Shown piece after piece: positions 19,540 to 29,602 of a DNA stretch of 64,000 nucleotides; positions within the stretch are counted from its first letter, which is position 1; every line of letters begins with the position of its first letter. Source of the stretch: an uncultured cyanobacterium (lineage in GTDB: Bacteria > Cyanobacteriota > Cyanobacteriia > Pseudanabaenales > Pseudanabaenaceae). The stretch is taken from NCBI GenBank assembly GCA_963703315.1, contig OY969811.1, positions 1,536,001 to 1,600,000 on the forward strand, given 5' to 3'. Both the position numbers and the translations under genes were made by a program. The notes under the pieces were generated by a model, which worked only from the letters and a program-made list of their open reading frames with translations, searched no databases and was not told the origin of the DNA.

Positions 19540-21528
19540 TTAGATTTTAGATTCCTTAGGTTGCCATACTGCCGCTCGAATGATGACCGATAGTAGACAG
19601 ATATTATAAATTGCCCAGCTACTATTAATTAAATAAATCCAAGGATCGGGGAGAGTTCCCATCGCAAACCGAATTAGACTCCATGCCATACCGACGATGG
19701 TAAGGATCACAATCGTTAATTGGGGAATCACTAAATTAAGATATTTGCCTGACTGTCTTTGCTTGGGGGTCACTTGGAAGTTTAGGGGAGTGCGTGAAAA
19801 TACACTCCAAACTGCTTGAATGAAAAGTGGGAATAAGGCGATCGCATATTGCTCTGATCGCCACAGTTCACCCGCAGGGATACCCCATGTTGCCGCTAAG
19901 AAGGTTAATCGATTAATAATAAAGGCGGGGAAGAAATGAATAGCAAAGTCCGTACCAAAAGCTTTAACGGGAATAATCCCTGTGAAGAAAAAGATGATTG
20001 GACAGAGAATAAAGATTAAGGTGGTAAAACCAGAAAAATAGCTATACATGGTTTGGAAGTATTGCAAACGCTGCCAAAAACTCAAGCCAGATTTAGTTAA
20101 GGGATTTTCTTGTACTAGCACCTGAATCGTTCCCTGCGCCCAGCGTAAGCGTTGCTTGAGAGTAGAAACTAAATCATCGGGGGCAAGACCTTCGGCTAAA
20201 AGTTCATTGTGATAGGCAGATTGCCAACCAGCGCCATGCAAGCGCATCGCCGTATTCATGTCTTCCGTAATGCTGCTACTGGACATTCCCCCAATTAAGT
20301 CGAACTCAAAAATCCTTGTCGCATCCTTATCCAAAGCATCGGAGAAGTATTGCAAGCCCACATTAAGTAAGGCTTCGCGTCTTAGTACTGCATTCGTACC
20401 AGTGTAAAAAGCCGAGTTTAAGCCATCTTTGCCCTGTTGAATCGGACCATAGAAGAGATGGGCAGAATGTCCGTAGGGATCGCCTTCAGGAAGATTATAA
20501 AAATCCTGTGGTGTTTGCACAAAGGCAATCCGATTACCTTCATACTTGCCTGTCCATTGGTTATAGCTGAAGAAGTATGGCAGAACGCGATTCAGAAATT
20601 GGGGTTTAGGAATGTGATCGGCATCGAGGGTGAGAATAAACGAACCATTGGTATCACCTGAGAAGATGGCATGATTAATATTACCAGCCTTGGCATGATG
20701 GGGCTTACCCGCAATTTTGGTTCGGGCAATATAGCGACAACGGATCAAATCGCTCGATTCTGCCTCCTGTTGACGAATCTCGTTTTCTAGACATTTTTGT
20801 TCGTCTAAAAGGCGATCGCTGACGCTAATCCCAGTTGTTGACTTACCGCCAATAATTACAAAGGCATCGCGCAGGGTTTCTAAGAATCTCACCGCAGGAT
20901 GGGATTCCGTAGCATTTCTGAGAAAATCATCAGCTTCTCTAGCGGTGGGAAACAGTTCTTGTAATTGTTTTAATCTTGTTTCTAATTCAGCCCGTTCGTT
21001 TTCAATGCGTGCCGCTTCTGCTTGAATTTTAGGCGATCGCAAATCTTCTATGGCTAATCTCTGTGACATAGAGCGCATATCCAATGAGTTGCCATCGTCG
21101 AGAATATAGACGCGCAGCTTATTAGCAGGATAGTCGATCGCTAGAGCCGCCCGCACTGTCTCTTCCACCATCTCCACAGGTTCGTTATAGCAGGTGACAA
21201 ATACATCGACTGTCGGATAGTCGGCAATAGGCAAAACTGGACGCATTTGGTCTAGCGATCGCACTTCCCGTTCTAGGGGTCGCCACAGTCCGATCGTAAA
21301 CATCGCACCCCCGACAAAGCTATAAATTTCCGCCAGTAGCAAAGGAATCGATAGCCATAGCGCATCAAGATTGATCGAACCTGTAATCCGCCAGACTAAG
21401 TACCATGCACCGAGGATCAAATTAATCTCGGCGAGATAGCGAAATAGAAGGGTGCGCTTTTTGAGGCGCGATCGCATATTGATAACAAAGCTGGGCGCAT
21501 TCTCAAGAATCGCGGTGGGTGAAGCCAT
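19540..21528 (-). CDS. Cellulose-synthase-like processive GT2 glycosyltransferase without PilZ domain
   Basis: VDVFVTCYNEP, LDDG, HAKAGNIN, LDADH, FVQTPQDF, TED, QRLRW, FQVTPK; ends right after the last TM helix. Confidence 0.9.
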   Translation of the reverse strand: MASPTAILENAPSFVINMRSRLKKRTLLFRYLAEINLILGAWYLVWRITGSINLDALWLSIPLLLAEIYSFVGGAMFTIGLWRPLEREVRSLDQMRPVLPIADYPTVDVFVTCYNEPVEMVEETVRAALAIDYPANKLRVYILDDGNSLDMRSMSQRLAIEDLRSPKIQAEAARIENERAELETRLKQLQELFPTAREADDFLRNATESHPAVRFLETLRDAFVIIGGKSTTGISVSDRLLDEQKCLENEIRQQEAESSDLIRCRYIARTKIAGKPHHAKAGNINHAIFSGDTNGSFILTLDADHIPKPQFLNRVLPYFFSYNQWTGKYEGNRIAFVQTPQDFYNLPEGDPYGHSAHLFYGPIQQGKDGLNSAFYTGTNAVLRREALLNVGLQYFSDALDKDATRIFEFDLIGGMSSSSITEDMNTAMRLHGAGWQSAYHNELLAEGLAPDDLVSTLKQRLRWAQGTIQVLVQENPLTKSGLSFWQRLQYFQTMYSYFSGFTTLIFILCPIIFFFTGIIPVKAFGTDFAIHFFPAFIINRLTFLAATWGIPAGELWRSEQYAIALFPLFIQAVWSVFSRTPLNFQVTPKQRQSGKYLNLVIPQLTIVILTIVGMAWSLIRFAMGTLPDPWIYLINSSWAIYNICLLSVIIRAAVWQPKESKI

Positions 21529-21577
21529 AAACTACCTACAAGAGCTAAAGACTAAGTTAAAAGAATTCAGGAAAAAG

Positions 21578-24500
21578 TTAAAACTTGATCGGTGCATTAA
21601 ACAACTGCTGCATATTTCGAGGCTCTACATAGCCAAATTTAGGATCAGCAATACTCTCTTGATATTTTCCATTTGGATTTTGCATATTTAAAGCCCAATC
21701 ACATTCTTTTTGGATATTGAAATAGATAACGGCTTGGACTGCTTGAGTATTGGCGAAATATTTAAAAGTGTTAGATAACCACTCATCTTTAGCATTCTGA
21801 TCTTGAGTTTGCGGTCTAACATAGCTACTAGATGCCGTTTGAGTAATAAAGATGGGCTTGTTCGGAGCAAGTTTTTGCATTCTCGAAATATAGGGAGCAT
21901 AGGCAAGTTCGGGGGAATCCCAGAGTTTTCTTTGATTGATTGGGTTAGGACAATAGCCCCAGTTATAGCCACTAAAGCCAACGATATCAACTTGAGCATC
22001 TTTAGGATAATAGTTCTCAAAGTCGTGTTCCCTAGCAGGACTAAAGCCATTAGGTGCAAAGACCCAAAGTACTGATTTGGCAGGAATACTAAATTCGGCA
22101 AAAATTTGCTGCAATCTTTGATATGCGATTTTGAAGTTGATCGGATCGAGGCTGTAGGTTTCTGCGTTAATATTCATTTCCTGCATGGGTGCAATAAACA
22201 TCATGCGCCCTTCCCCTTTGCCTGTCCAATCGGCAACTGCTTTAGCAACTCTTCGCAAATCCTTGTCTAAATCGCCTCTAGCAATTTCGGCGGCAGTGCG
22301 AGTTGACTTGAGATTAATAAAGGCGGTGTAGCCATTTTCACGCAAGAGTTCCAATCGACGACCAATATTGTAGTCAGGATTTTCATCTTGAATATCCATA
22401 AATATGCCAGCGATCGCGTGTTTTTTACCTGTCCATTGATCGACTGGCTTCAACTCGCGATCAATCGTACTTTGTTCACCGATATAGCCACTGGTGTAGA
22501 GTCCCAGTAATAGTGGTGGTCTAGGGTTGATGGAGTCTTTGGGCAATACTGGCTCAGGCTTTTGAGCAATTGGATTAGATGGCTGATTTGCAAGTTTCAC
22601 AGGTAAAGCTTGTACAGCATTGGAGCTACTTAAAAGCGGCACATTGCCTCTGGCTTTATACAATAAACTTTCTAAAACAATGCCGTTTGTGTTTACATCC
22701 ATGACATTGTTTACACCTAAGTTGGGGTTCTCATATTTACCTGACAAATAGCCGCGATCTCGATCGGCAACCGAGTTCATAGTGTCGCGTAACTTCGAGG
22801 CATACTCATCGGATTGGAGAACGCTCCAACCAAAGGCTGCTTTAGTACTCACAAATTTTAGTTCGGGATAGGCTTTGCCACGACTATCGATCGCTTGCCA
22901 AGGTTGTCCATTGACATAGGCGCTGTAATAGAGAAAGTAAGGCGATCGGTTAATCGAATCTTCATTAATCGAAGTCACAATTTGGGTACGTTCAAAGCGT
23001 TGTTTTTGTAATTGATAGAGCGTTTCGGCTTGACGCTTGCCCATGTCATTCCAGCCGATTTCTAAGCCCCATAGAACATAAGGATCATTAGTCAGATGAT
23101 TGCTTGCGCCAGAATTCTGAAGATCGCGACGATCGACTTCTAAATCAATGCCATCAACTTTTACGGTCTGGATTGGTGGATTGTTGAGGGCATTTGCGGC
23201 TTCTATTCCCCATAGTTTGAGAGAGTGGGCGGCATATTGTTCATAGCCGAGTCTGCCCTCTTGGAGATATTGAAAGCGATCGCTAGAGTCGGGATGTCCA
23301 CCATAGAGCCAGCCATCTTTGACGAGTTTGGTCAGTTGCCAGCGATTGACAATGTTGTTAATGCGATCGCGATAAGCGGGATGATTTACACGGATGACGT
23401 GCATTGCTCCCAAGAATCTCGCTGTATCGAGGGTTGACCAGCCACTGATGCCATCAGGATCGGGCGTGTTGTCAAGCTGATACATCGCGGCGTTGGTGGT
23501 GCTATATGCCTTGTTGGGTAAGCCGTGTTTTGGTAATGGCAACTTCTCAAGAGTGTTAAGTAATGCGGTCAGTCTTTGTTGAAAAACTTCAGGCGAAATG
23601 ATCCCTAGCTGTTGAGCAGAATGTAAACCAAGTAAAGCGCTGCCTTGATCCCATAGGGTTGTCCAAGCATAGCGATCTACTGCATTGACCATTCCCGTTT
23701 GCGGATTGAAATTATTCTCAAAATATTTCCATGCTAGTTTTGCCGCGATCGCATCGGTTTCTGATAGAGATATTTGAGAGATGGGCGCGATCGGTTGAGG
23801 TTGAGGTGTTGATGGATTAACTACGGGTACTTGAGGTTTTGGACTAATTGCGATCGGAGGCTGTTTTGGTTCTGGAGAAGCTATTGGTTTTATAGGTATA
23901 ACTACAGGCAGCTTAAATGGTTGTTTAGATTCTGGCGTAACTGGTCGGAGTTTCGTAGGTTGAGTTCTATCAATTATTAAAGGAATATCGGCAGTGAGAT
24001 TTGGTGTTTTTTCAGAAGTTATCGTATTAGAATTTGCTGACACCCAATAGCTATCGGCTCCATTCGTAATAAATTTTGCAGTTGGAGCTTTATTCGATGG
24101 TAGACCTCGGCTCAAGTCTTCAGAAGCGATCGCTTGCCACCAAGCAGAATTAGCAGATGTGGGACGAATCAAAGGCTGCTGATCCGTGGCGCGATAGAGA
24201 ATTGATTGCAAAATCAAGCTGTTGGTACTAGCGGTTTGATTGTTTTCACGATTACCTGAATTTTCATAGAAACCTTCATAAAATCCCAATTGGGGATTAT
24301 AGAGGTCAGTGACCGCTTGCCAAAGTTCGCGGGTGTATGGCTCATTAGGAAAGAGCGCATACATCGCAAAGGCTGTACCTGTACTAACAATGCGATCGCC
24401 TTTTGCAGATTGCCCCTGATCATCAAGGTTCGCCCAGCCCTGTCCATTGCCAACGATGCTGCTATGCAGAATATAGGGCGGCGTATTAATTGCCGATGTA

Positions 24501-26854
24501 TTTGCGGCGGTGAGTAGCTTAGTACGACGATAGCGTTCTGCTTGTGCTTTAATTATCGGCTCAGTCAAAGCTCGCATTTGCGGATCGAGTCCGAAGTCTA
24601 AGCCATACATTAAAAATGGTTCGCTTACAGTAACTTCGAGTTCACTAGATTTGGGAGCATCCATCCGCCGTATGGGAATTTCAAAACCTTCTACATTTGC
24701 TTTAGCATATTGATTGCCGACTACGGAGCGATCGACATCAAATCCCCATAACTGAAAGGCTCTAGCGGCATATTCGCTATAACCAAGACGCGACTCTGGT
24801 GTTACCCGTGATAGATTGCGTCCTGAGCCGTCCTTGGTGACAATGCCATTTAAGAGAATGCGATCGCGGACTACCCGCAAATAAGACCAATCTAAGAGCG
24901 TGCGATCGACAGCATCAGTATATTCAGGATGACAGGATTTGAGACTATATAAAGCCGATAAAAATCTACCGATATCCGCAGCCGACCAACCCGTTCCGTT
25001 GATCGCAGAATTACCACCATAGTCTACAGGCTGCAATGACGCAGGATCGTAGGCGCGACTCGGTAACTCGCCACCGACAAGGGGCAATTGTCGCACTGTG
25101 CCAATCAACTGTCGTACCCTTTGATCGAATTCGCTCCAAGTAATGATATCTAGAGCCTTGGCTGCGCGTAGAGCGATCAAATAATCCCCCAATCCCCACA
25201 GCGTTACCCCCTTGAAATCACGGCGATCATTAGTTAAGCCTGATGCTGGAGAATTAGTCCGAAAATATTGCCATGCAGCTTGGGCATAACGGCGATCGCT
25301 GACCGATAATGGCTGATTGAGCTTTGGGCAAGGGCTAGATTCCTCAGTGACGGGTGAGATCGGTGGTGGGACAGCAACTGCTTTAGCGATCGCAGTTGGC
25401 TTAGTGGAAGTAGAACTAGATTGAGAACTTGGAGCCGTATTAGTATTTGCTGTTGGAGAGGAACTCGTGGTAGGAGTTGAGGCTATAGGAGCAGAAGTAT
25501 TAGAAGCTGCTGTCGTAGTGACTACACCTGCACGGTCGATGATCGGACGATTGCCTCTGGCTTTGTAATAGAGAATTTCAAGAATCAGCCCATTGGTATT
25601 GCCAGTTAAAGACTTATTCGGAATTTTGGAGGATTCGTATAGCCCCGCATAAAAACCTTCATCTTTTTCACTGCGTAGTCCCTTAACAGCATCAAAGATC
25701 TTTTTGGCATAATCATTGGTCGGGTAGAGATAGCGCCAACCAAAGGCTGCCTTAGTACTGATGCTCCGAAATTGCGGGATCGGCTTATTTTCATCGGTAA
25801 TTGCCGCAAAATCGACACCGTTTGAATAAACTGTATTGTAAATAAAGTAGGGTGGCGCATCGAGGTTATCTTCGGTCACCGCCGTCAGTTGTCCAGTCTG
25901 CTCAAAACGGCGTTTCTGTACTTCTAAAACTCTATTAGCATAATCGGCTAACTCTGATTCCCAACCAAACTCAATACCATCGAGAATGTAGGACTCGCTC
26001 ACCACATAGTTATTAGCATTGGTAGTTTGGTAATCTCGCGTATCTACAGGTATCTGCACCCCATAAATATCTACAAACTTAAAAGGATCAAAAGATTTAG
26101 CTTTGTCAGCTTTAAATCCCCACAATTCATAACCGCGTACTGCATATTCCTCATAGCCGAGCCTTCCCTCTTGGACAAGCATCGTGGAGCCATCACCCGT
26201 AACTGTTGCGCCATAAAGTTGATCGTCCTTTAGCGATCGCGTTAATTGCCAACGAGCGAGAATACCCTTCATCCAATCGTTATATTGGGGATGGCAAGTA
26301 CGAATGATATGAAACGCCGCGAGGATTCTGCCAATGTCTAGGGCTGACCATCCGATCCCGCGTGCGCTGGGGTTGTTGCCATAGTCCACCATCGCCAAAG
26401 TTGCTGTGTTATAAACCTTGTTGGGTAGTGAGTCTTCAAACAGCTTGAGCGAACCGAGAGAAGTCAAAAACTTGTTCAACTTATCGTCAAATTCCTTTTG
26501 TGGAACTAGATCTAACGACCGCGCCGTATTCAGCGCCACTAAGTAATTGCCGATATCCCAAAGTGTTGCCGATGGATACCCCCCCGTTGCATTCACAAAC
26601 CCCGTCGCTGGTTGATAGTTCTTCGCAAAATATTGCCATGCTGCTTTGGCATAGTCCTTCTCTTCATTAGTGAGGGAAGTCGGCATAATCGCACAGGTTG
26701 CGCCCGAACTTTTGTCATTTTGTTTAGAGTTTTGGGCGATCGCGGTTGCAATCTGCACCTGTGACAACAAAATTGCCAGCATTACCCCAACAATAAACCC
26801 CGATATGAATCTGATCCAGCGTGGATAGCTACTTAAGGAGAAATTCCTGCCCAT
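21578..26854 (-). CDS. Large exported protein: three tandem DUF3131 (glucoamylase-like, beta-1,2-glucanase-clan-like) domains plus C-terminal GH26-like domain
   Basis: Three repeats of AW.YF..N, TLW(D/G), LP.(K/R).Y, GWS..D, RLGY..YA, T.G..L..L.Y separated by S/T/P-rich linkers; C-terminal APMQEMN, WVFAPN, YYP....VDIVGFSGYN, KPIFITQ. Confidence 0.75.
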   Translation of the reverse strand: MGRNFSLSSYPRWIRFISGFIVGVMLAILLSQVQIATAIAQNSKQNDKSSGATCAIMPTSLTNEEKDYAKAAWQYFAKNYQPATGFVNATGGYPSATLWDIGNYLVALNTARSLDLVPQKEFDDKLNKFLTSLGSLKLFEDSLPNKVYNTATLAMVDYGNNPSARGIGWSALDIGRILAAFHIIRTCHPQYNDWMKGILARWQLTRSLKDDQLYGATVTGDGSTMLVQEGRLGYEEYAVRGYELWGFKADKAKSFDPFKFVDIYGVQIPVDTRDYQTTNANNYVVSESYILDGIEFGWESELADYANRVLEVQKRRFEQTGQLTAVTEDNLDAPPYFIYNTVYSNGVDFAAITDENKPIPQFRSISTKAAFGWRYLYPTNDYAKKIFDAVKGLRSEKDEGFYAGLYESSKIPNKSLTGNTNGLILEILYYKARGNRPIIDRAGVVTTTAASNTSAPIASTPTTSSSPTANTNTAPSSQSSSTSTKPTAIAKAVAVPPPISPVTEESSPCPKLNQPLSVSDRRYAQAAWQYFRTNSPASGLTNDRRDFKGVTLWGLGDYLIALRAAKALDIITWSEFDQRVRQLIGTVRQLPLVGGELPSRAYDPASLQPVDYGGNSAINGTGWSAADIGRFLSALYSLKSCHPEYTDAVDRTLLDWSYLRVVRDRILLNGIVTKDGSGRNLSRVTPESRLGYSEYAARAFQLWGFDVDRSVVGNQYAKANVEGFEIPIRRMDAPKSSELEVTVSEPFLMYGLDFGLDPQMRALTEPIIKAQAERYRRTKLLTAANTSAINTPPYILHSSIVGNGQGWANLDDQGQSAKGDRIVSTGTAFAMYALFPNEPYTRELWQAVTDLYNPQLGFYEGFYENSGNRENNQTASTNSLILQSILYRATDQQPLIRPTSANSAWWQAIASEDLSRGLPSNKAPTAKFITNGADSYWVSANSNTITSEKTPNLTADIPLIIDRTQPTKLRPVTPESKQPFKLPVVIPIKPIASPEPKQPPIAISPKPQVPVVNPSTPQPQPIAPISQISLSETDAIAAKLAWKYFENNFNPQTGMVNAVDRYAWTTLWDQGSALLGLHSAQQLGIISPEVFQQRLTALLNTLEKLPLPKHGLPNKAYSTTNAAMYQLDNTPDPDGISGWSTLDTARFLGAMHVIRVNHPAYRDRINNIVNRWQLTKLVKDGWLYGGHPDSSDRFQYLQEGRLGYEQYAAHSLKLWGIEAANALNNPPIQTVKVDGIDLEVDRRDLQNSGASNHLTNDPYVLWGLEIGWNDMGKRQAETLYQLQKQRFERTQIVTSINEDSINRSPYFLYYSAYVNGQPWQAIDSRGKAYPELKFVSTKAAFGWSVLQSDEYASKLRDTMNSVADRDRGYLSGKYENPNLGVNNVMDVNTNGIVLESLLYKARGNVPLLSSSNAVQALPVKLANQPSNPIAQKPEPVLPKDSINPRPPLLLGLYTSGYIGEQSTIDRELKPVDQWTGKKHAIAGIFMDIQDENPDYNIGRRLELLRENGYTAFINLKSTRTAAEIARGDLDKDLRRVAKAVADWTGKGEGRMMFIAPMQEMNINAETYSLDPINFKIAYQRLQQIFAEFSIPAKSVLWVFAPNGFSPAREHDFENYYPKDAQVDIVGFSGYNWGYCPNPINQRKLWDSPELAYAPYISRMQKLAPNKPIFITQTASSSYVRPQTQDQNAKDEWLSNTFKYFANTQAVQAVIYFNIQKECDWALNMQNPNGKYQESIADPKFGYVEPRNMQQLFNAPIKF

Positions 26855-28308
26855 ATAGTTAATGGCTGTCCTACTTTTTTATAGAGTAAACTTTCTAAAA
26901 TTACGCCGTTGTTATTGGCAGTCAGTGACTTATTTGGTTCCCCCAAGGTTTCATAAAAACCGTTATACCATCCTAAATCTGCTTTGAGATTAGCTGTCAC
27001 AAAACCAAACAATTTTTGAGTGTAATCGTTGTTAAACAACACATACCAACCGATCGCCGCCTTAGCACTGAGAAAGCGTAAATCGTTACGCAGTTCGCGA
27101 GTATCCGTAATCGTTGCCCATGCGTTCCCATTCACAAATAAAGTGCTGTACACAAAATAGGGAGCGCGATCTAAGTTGTCTTCGGTAACGGCGGTGAGTT
27201 GTTTTGTGGCTTGATACCGTCCTTCCTGTGCCGCTAAGACGCGATCGGCATAGGCTTTAGGCAAAGACTGAAAGCCTGTTTCAATACCATCGAGAATGAA
27301 TGGCTCACTCAATACATAGTTATTCGCCTCCGAGTTTTGGAAGTCCCGCTTGTCGTAGGGAACTCCCTGTCCATAGAGATCCACAAAAGCAACTTGAGAC
27401 TTCACATCTAGCGCCTTAGCGACATCCAGCCCCCACAGCTTCAGCCCATAAGCCGCATAGTTCTCATAGCCCAATCGTCCTTCTTGATTGTAGGATTCTT
27501 TCCCTTTACTAACACTAGTTCCATACATTTGTCCGTCTTTAGTGAGGCGTTCCACTTTCCAGCTTTTCCAGACGTTATTCGCATCTTCCGTAAGATTAGG
27601 ATACTTTGTCGAAATAATCTTCAGCCAAATCGCCATTCTGCCAATGTCGATCGCTGACCAACCAATCTCTTCGCGCTGATCAAGTTTTCCATAATTGACA
27701 GGAATTAGCGTTTTAGAGTTATAGACTTTATTCGGTAGTTCTCCTTTGTATAGTTGCAATTTGGCGAGAGTTTGCAGTGACTTCCGCATCTTCTTCTCAA
27801 AGTCCACCTCAGTGACTAAACCCAATTCCTTGGCACTGACCAAAGCCGCGATCGCCGCCGCTTGATCCCATAAGGTCACCGCCGCAAAGCCATCGGCAGA
27901 ATTTACCAAACCTGTATCTTCATTCCAATTCTTCTCAAAGTAGCGCCATGCTTGCTTGGCAGTGGCTAACTCTTCAGCAGTGAGTTGCCCCACTTGAGGA
28001 GCAATGTAAGGCGGGTTGCTAGTACTTTGCTGATCCACAGGTACGGCTTGACCCGACAGTTTCACCGATTCACGATCCAGCTTAGCGATCGCCTGAATTT
28101 CTTCACTTGATAATGTTTTTGACAATGGCTTAGCGGCGATCGCAGGTTTTTGGCTTGCTGTGGCGATCGCAGGTGCATTAGATCCAGACTGTTTTAGGTT
28201 ACTCGAAAGTTGTTCCATTCCAAGAATTATGGCGATCGCCGTAGCAACTCCCCCAAAAGTTGCCAAGCAAACCCATTTGAAAGATGGTGGCTCAAAATCA
28301 GAATTCAT
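26833..28308 (-). CDS. Single-domain DUF3131 protein with N-terminal membrane anchor
   Basis: AWRYFEKN, TLWDQ, ELPNKVYN, GWSAIDIGR, QEGRLGYENYA, AVTEDNLD; probable start MNSDFEPP at 28308. Confidence 0.8.
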   Translation of the reverse strand: MNSDFEPPSFKWVCLATFGGVATAIAIILGMEQLSSNLKQSGSNAPAIATASQKPAIAAKPLSKTLSSEEIQAIAKLDRESVKLSGQAVPVDQQSTSNPPYIAPQVGQLTAEELATAKQAWRYFEKNWNEDTGLVNSADGFAAVTLWDQAAAIAALVSAKELGLVTEVDFEKKMRKSLQTLAKLQLYKGELPNKVYNSKTLIPVNYGKLDQREEIGWSAIDIGRMAIWLKIISTKYPNLTEDANNVWKSWKVERLTKDGQMYGTSVSKGKESYNQEGRLGYENYAAYGLKLWGLDVAKALDVKSQVAFVDLYGQGVPYDKRDFQNSEANNYVLSEPFILDGIETGFQSLPKAYADRVLAAQEGRYQATKQLTAVTEDNLDRAPYFVYSTLFVNGNAWATITDTRELRNDLRFLSAKAAIGWYVLFNNDYTQKLFGFVTANLKADLGWYNGFYETLGEPNKSLTANNNGVILESLLYKKVGQPLTIWAGISP

Positions 28309-28384
28309 AGGATTTGCTCTCGCATACAGAAACTTTCCATCAATGGTTATGAATAAGTAATGCTTAGGACTCTGGAGAATAATC

Positions 28385-28567
28385 TCAAATATACCCCATT
28401 CGCTCATTTAATATTTCAGGTGTTAGACCTCGCTTTTCAGCACGATCGCCAATTTCTCGCATCACCTCAACCAGATTCTTACTAGCCCATCTATCCTTAA
28501 AAAATGAATTAATCAAAGCACCTAAAGCTTGCCTCTCCTCATCATTAGCTTGACTAGGCTCTAGCAT
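28385..28567 (-). pseudogene. Orphan antitoxin-like remnant
   Basis: ...QANDEERQAL...L.EVMREI...AEKRGLTPEILNE resembles the antitoxin at 60321-60542; no toxin follows. Confidence 0.45.
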
Positions 28568-28690
28568 AACCATCGCTAAACCTATTCGATCTATGATCGA
28601 GAAATAATTATGACTTTGATTAACCGCAGATCCAAATATAGCGATCGCCAATCCGTAAAATAAAGCTAAAGCCTCACAGGAATAAATGCT

Positions 28691-29572
28691 ATGTTCAAAC
28701 GCTACCTTAAATTGCCATTACTAATTGGCTTGAGTTTACTAGCAGCGATCGCCTCAATAATTTTCAGCGTATCTAAGGCAGATGCATTGCAAGCGATGCT
28801 CAGACCCAATGCACCGAAACTTGGTGATACGGTGTCCGTCTGGATTGCGACTAATCAGAATACAGAGATACCACCAACGGTATCGGTTGATCGCAAGCAA
28901 TTTGCCGCCTTTCCAATGTCTCCTAATCGTTGGCGTGCCTTCATTCCTACGACACCGCTTGATAAGGCTGGGCTAAAACAAGTAGTGGTGACGGCGGAAG
29001 GTTTGCAGCAAACTTTGCCAATGCAATTAGGCGATCGTCAATTTCCTACACAAAGTATTTGGATTGATGAATCAGGGGGCGGATCGGAGCCGACGGATTA
29101 TGAGTGGGACAAGGTTTCCGCTTTTAAAAAATTAGTTACGTCCCAGAAGTTCTGGAATGGTGCATTTCTCAGACCTAATGAGGGCGAAATTACGACAGGT
29201 TTTGGGGTGCAGCGCTATTACAATGGCGTGTTTGCTGATGACTATTACCATCGTGGTGTGGACTATGCAGGAGGCACTGGTTCCCCTGTGATTGCACCAG
29301 CATCTGGCTATATTCGTTTAGTGGGTACTGTCGCGCAGGGCTTTCTTTTGCATGGCAATACGATTGGACTTGATCACGGTCAAGGTGTGGCAAGTATTTT
29401 TTTACATCTCAGCAAAATCTATGTCAAAGAAGGTGATTTTGTGAAAGCTGGTCAAGTAATTGGTGCAGTTGGGGCAACGGGTGCGGTAACAGGTCCTCAT
29501 TTACATTGGGGGCTGTATGTGAATGGTGAGGCGATCGATCCTGTAGCATGGCGATATGAAGGATTAGAATAA
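28691..29572 (+). CDS. M23 family metallopeptidase
   Basis: YHRGVDYA, LDHGQG..SIFLHLS, TGPHLHWGL. Confidence 0.92.
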   Translation: MFKRYLKLPLLIGLSLLAAIASIIFSVSKADALQAMLRPNAPKLGDTVSVWIATNQNTEIPPTVSVDRKQFAAFPMSPNRWRAFIPTTPLDKAGLKQVVVTAEGLQQTLPMQLGDRQFPTQSIWIDESGGGSEPTDYEWDKVSAFKKLVTSQKFWNGAFLRPNEGEITTGFGVQRYYNGVFADDYYHRGVDYAGGTGSPVIAPASGYIRLVGTVAQGFLLHGNTIGLDHGQGVASIFLHLSKIYVKEGDFVKAGQVIGAVGATGAVTGPHLHWGLYVNGEAIDPVAWRYEGLE

Positions 29573-29602
29573 TCAAAAACCTCGCTCAGCGAGGTTTTTG
29601 AT

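Noticed and set aside
19540..21528. Assigning the symbol bcsA
   Set aside because: No PilZ domain and no bcsB/bcsZ neighbours; the product linkage cannot be inferred from sequence.
28309..28407. N-terminal extension MSEWGIFE... of the DUF3131 gene
   Set aside because: Overlaps the antitoxin remnant; MNSDFEPP at 28308 just before the TM helix is a more plausible start.
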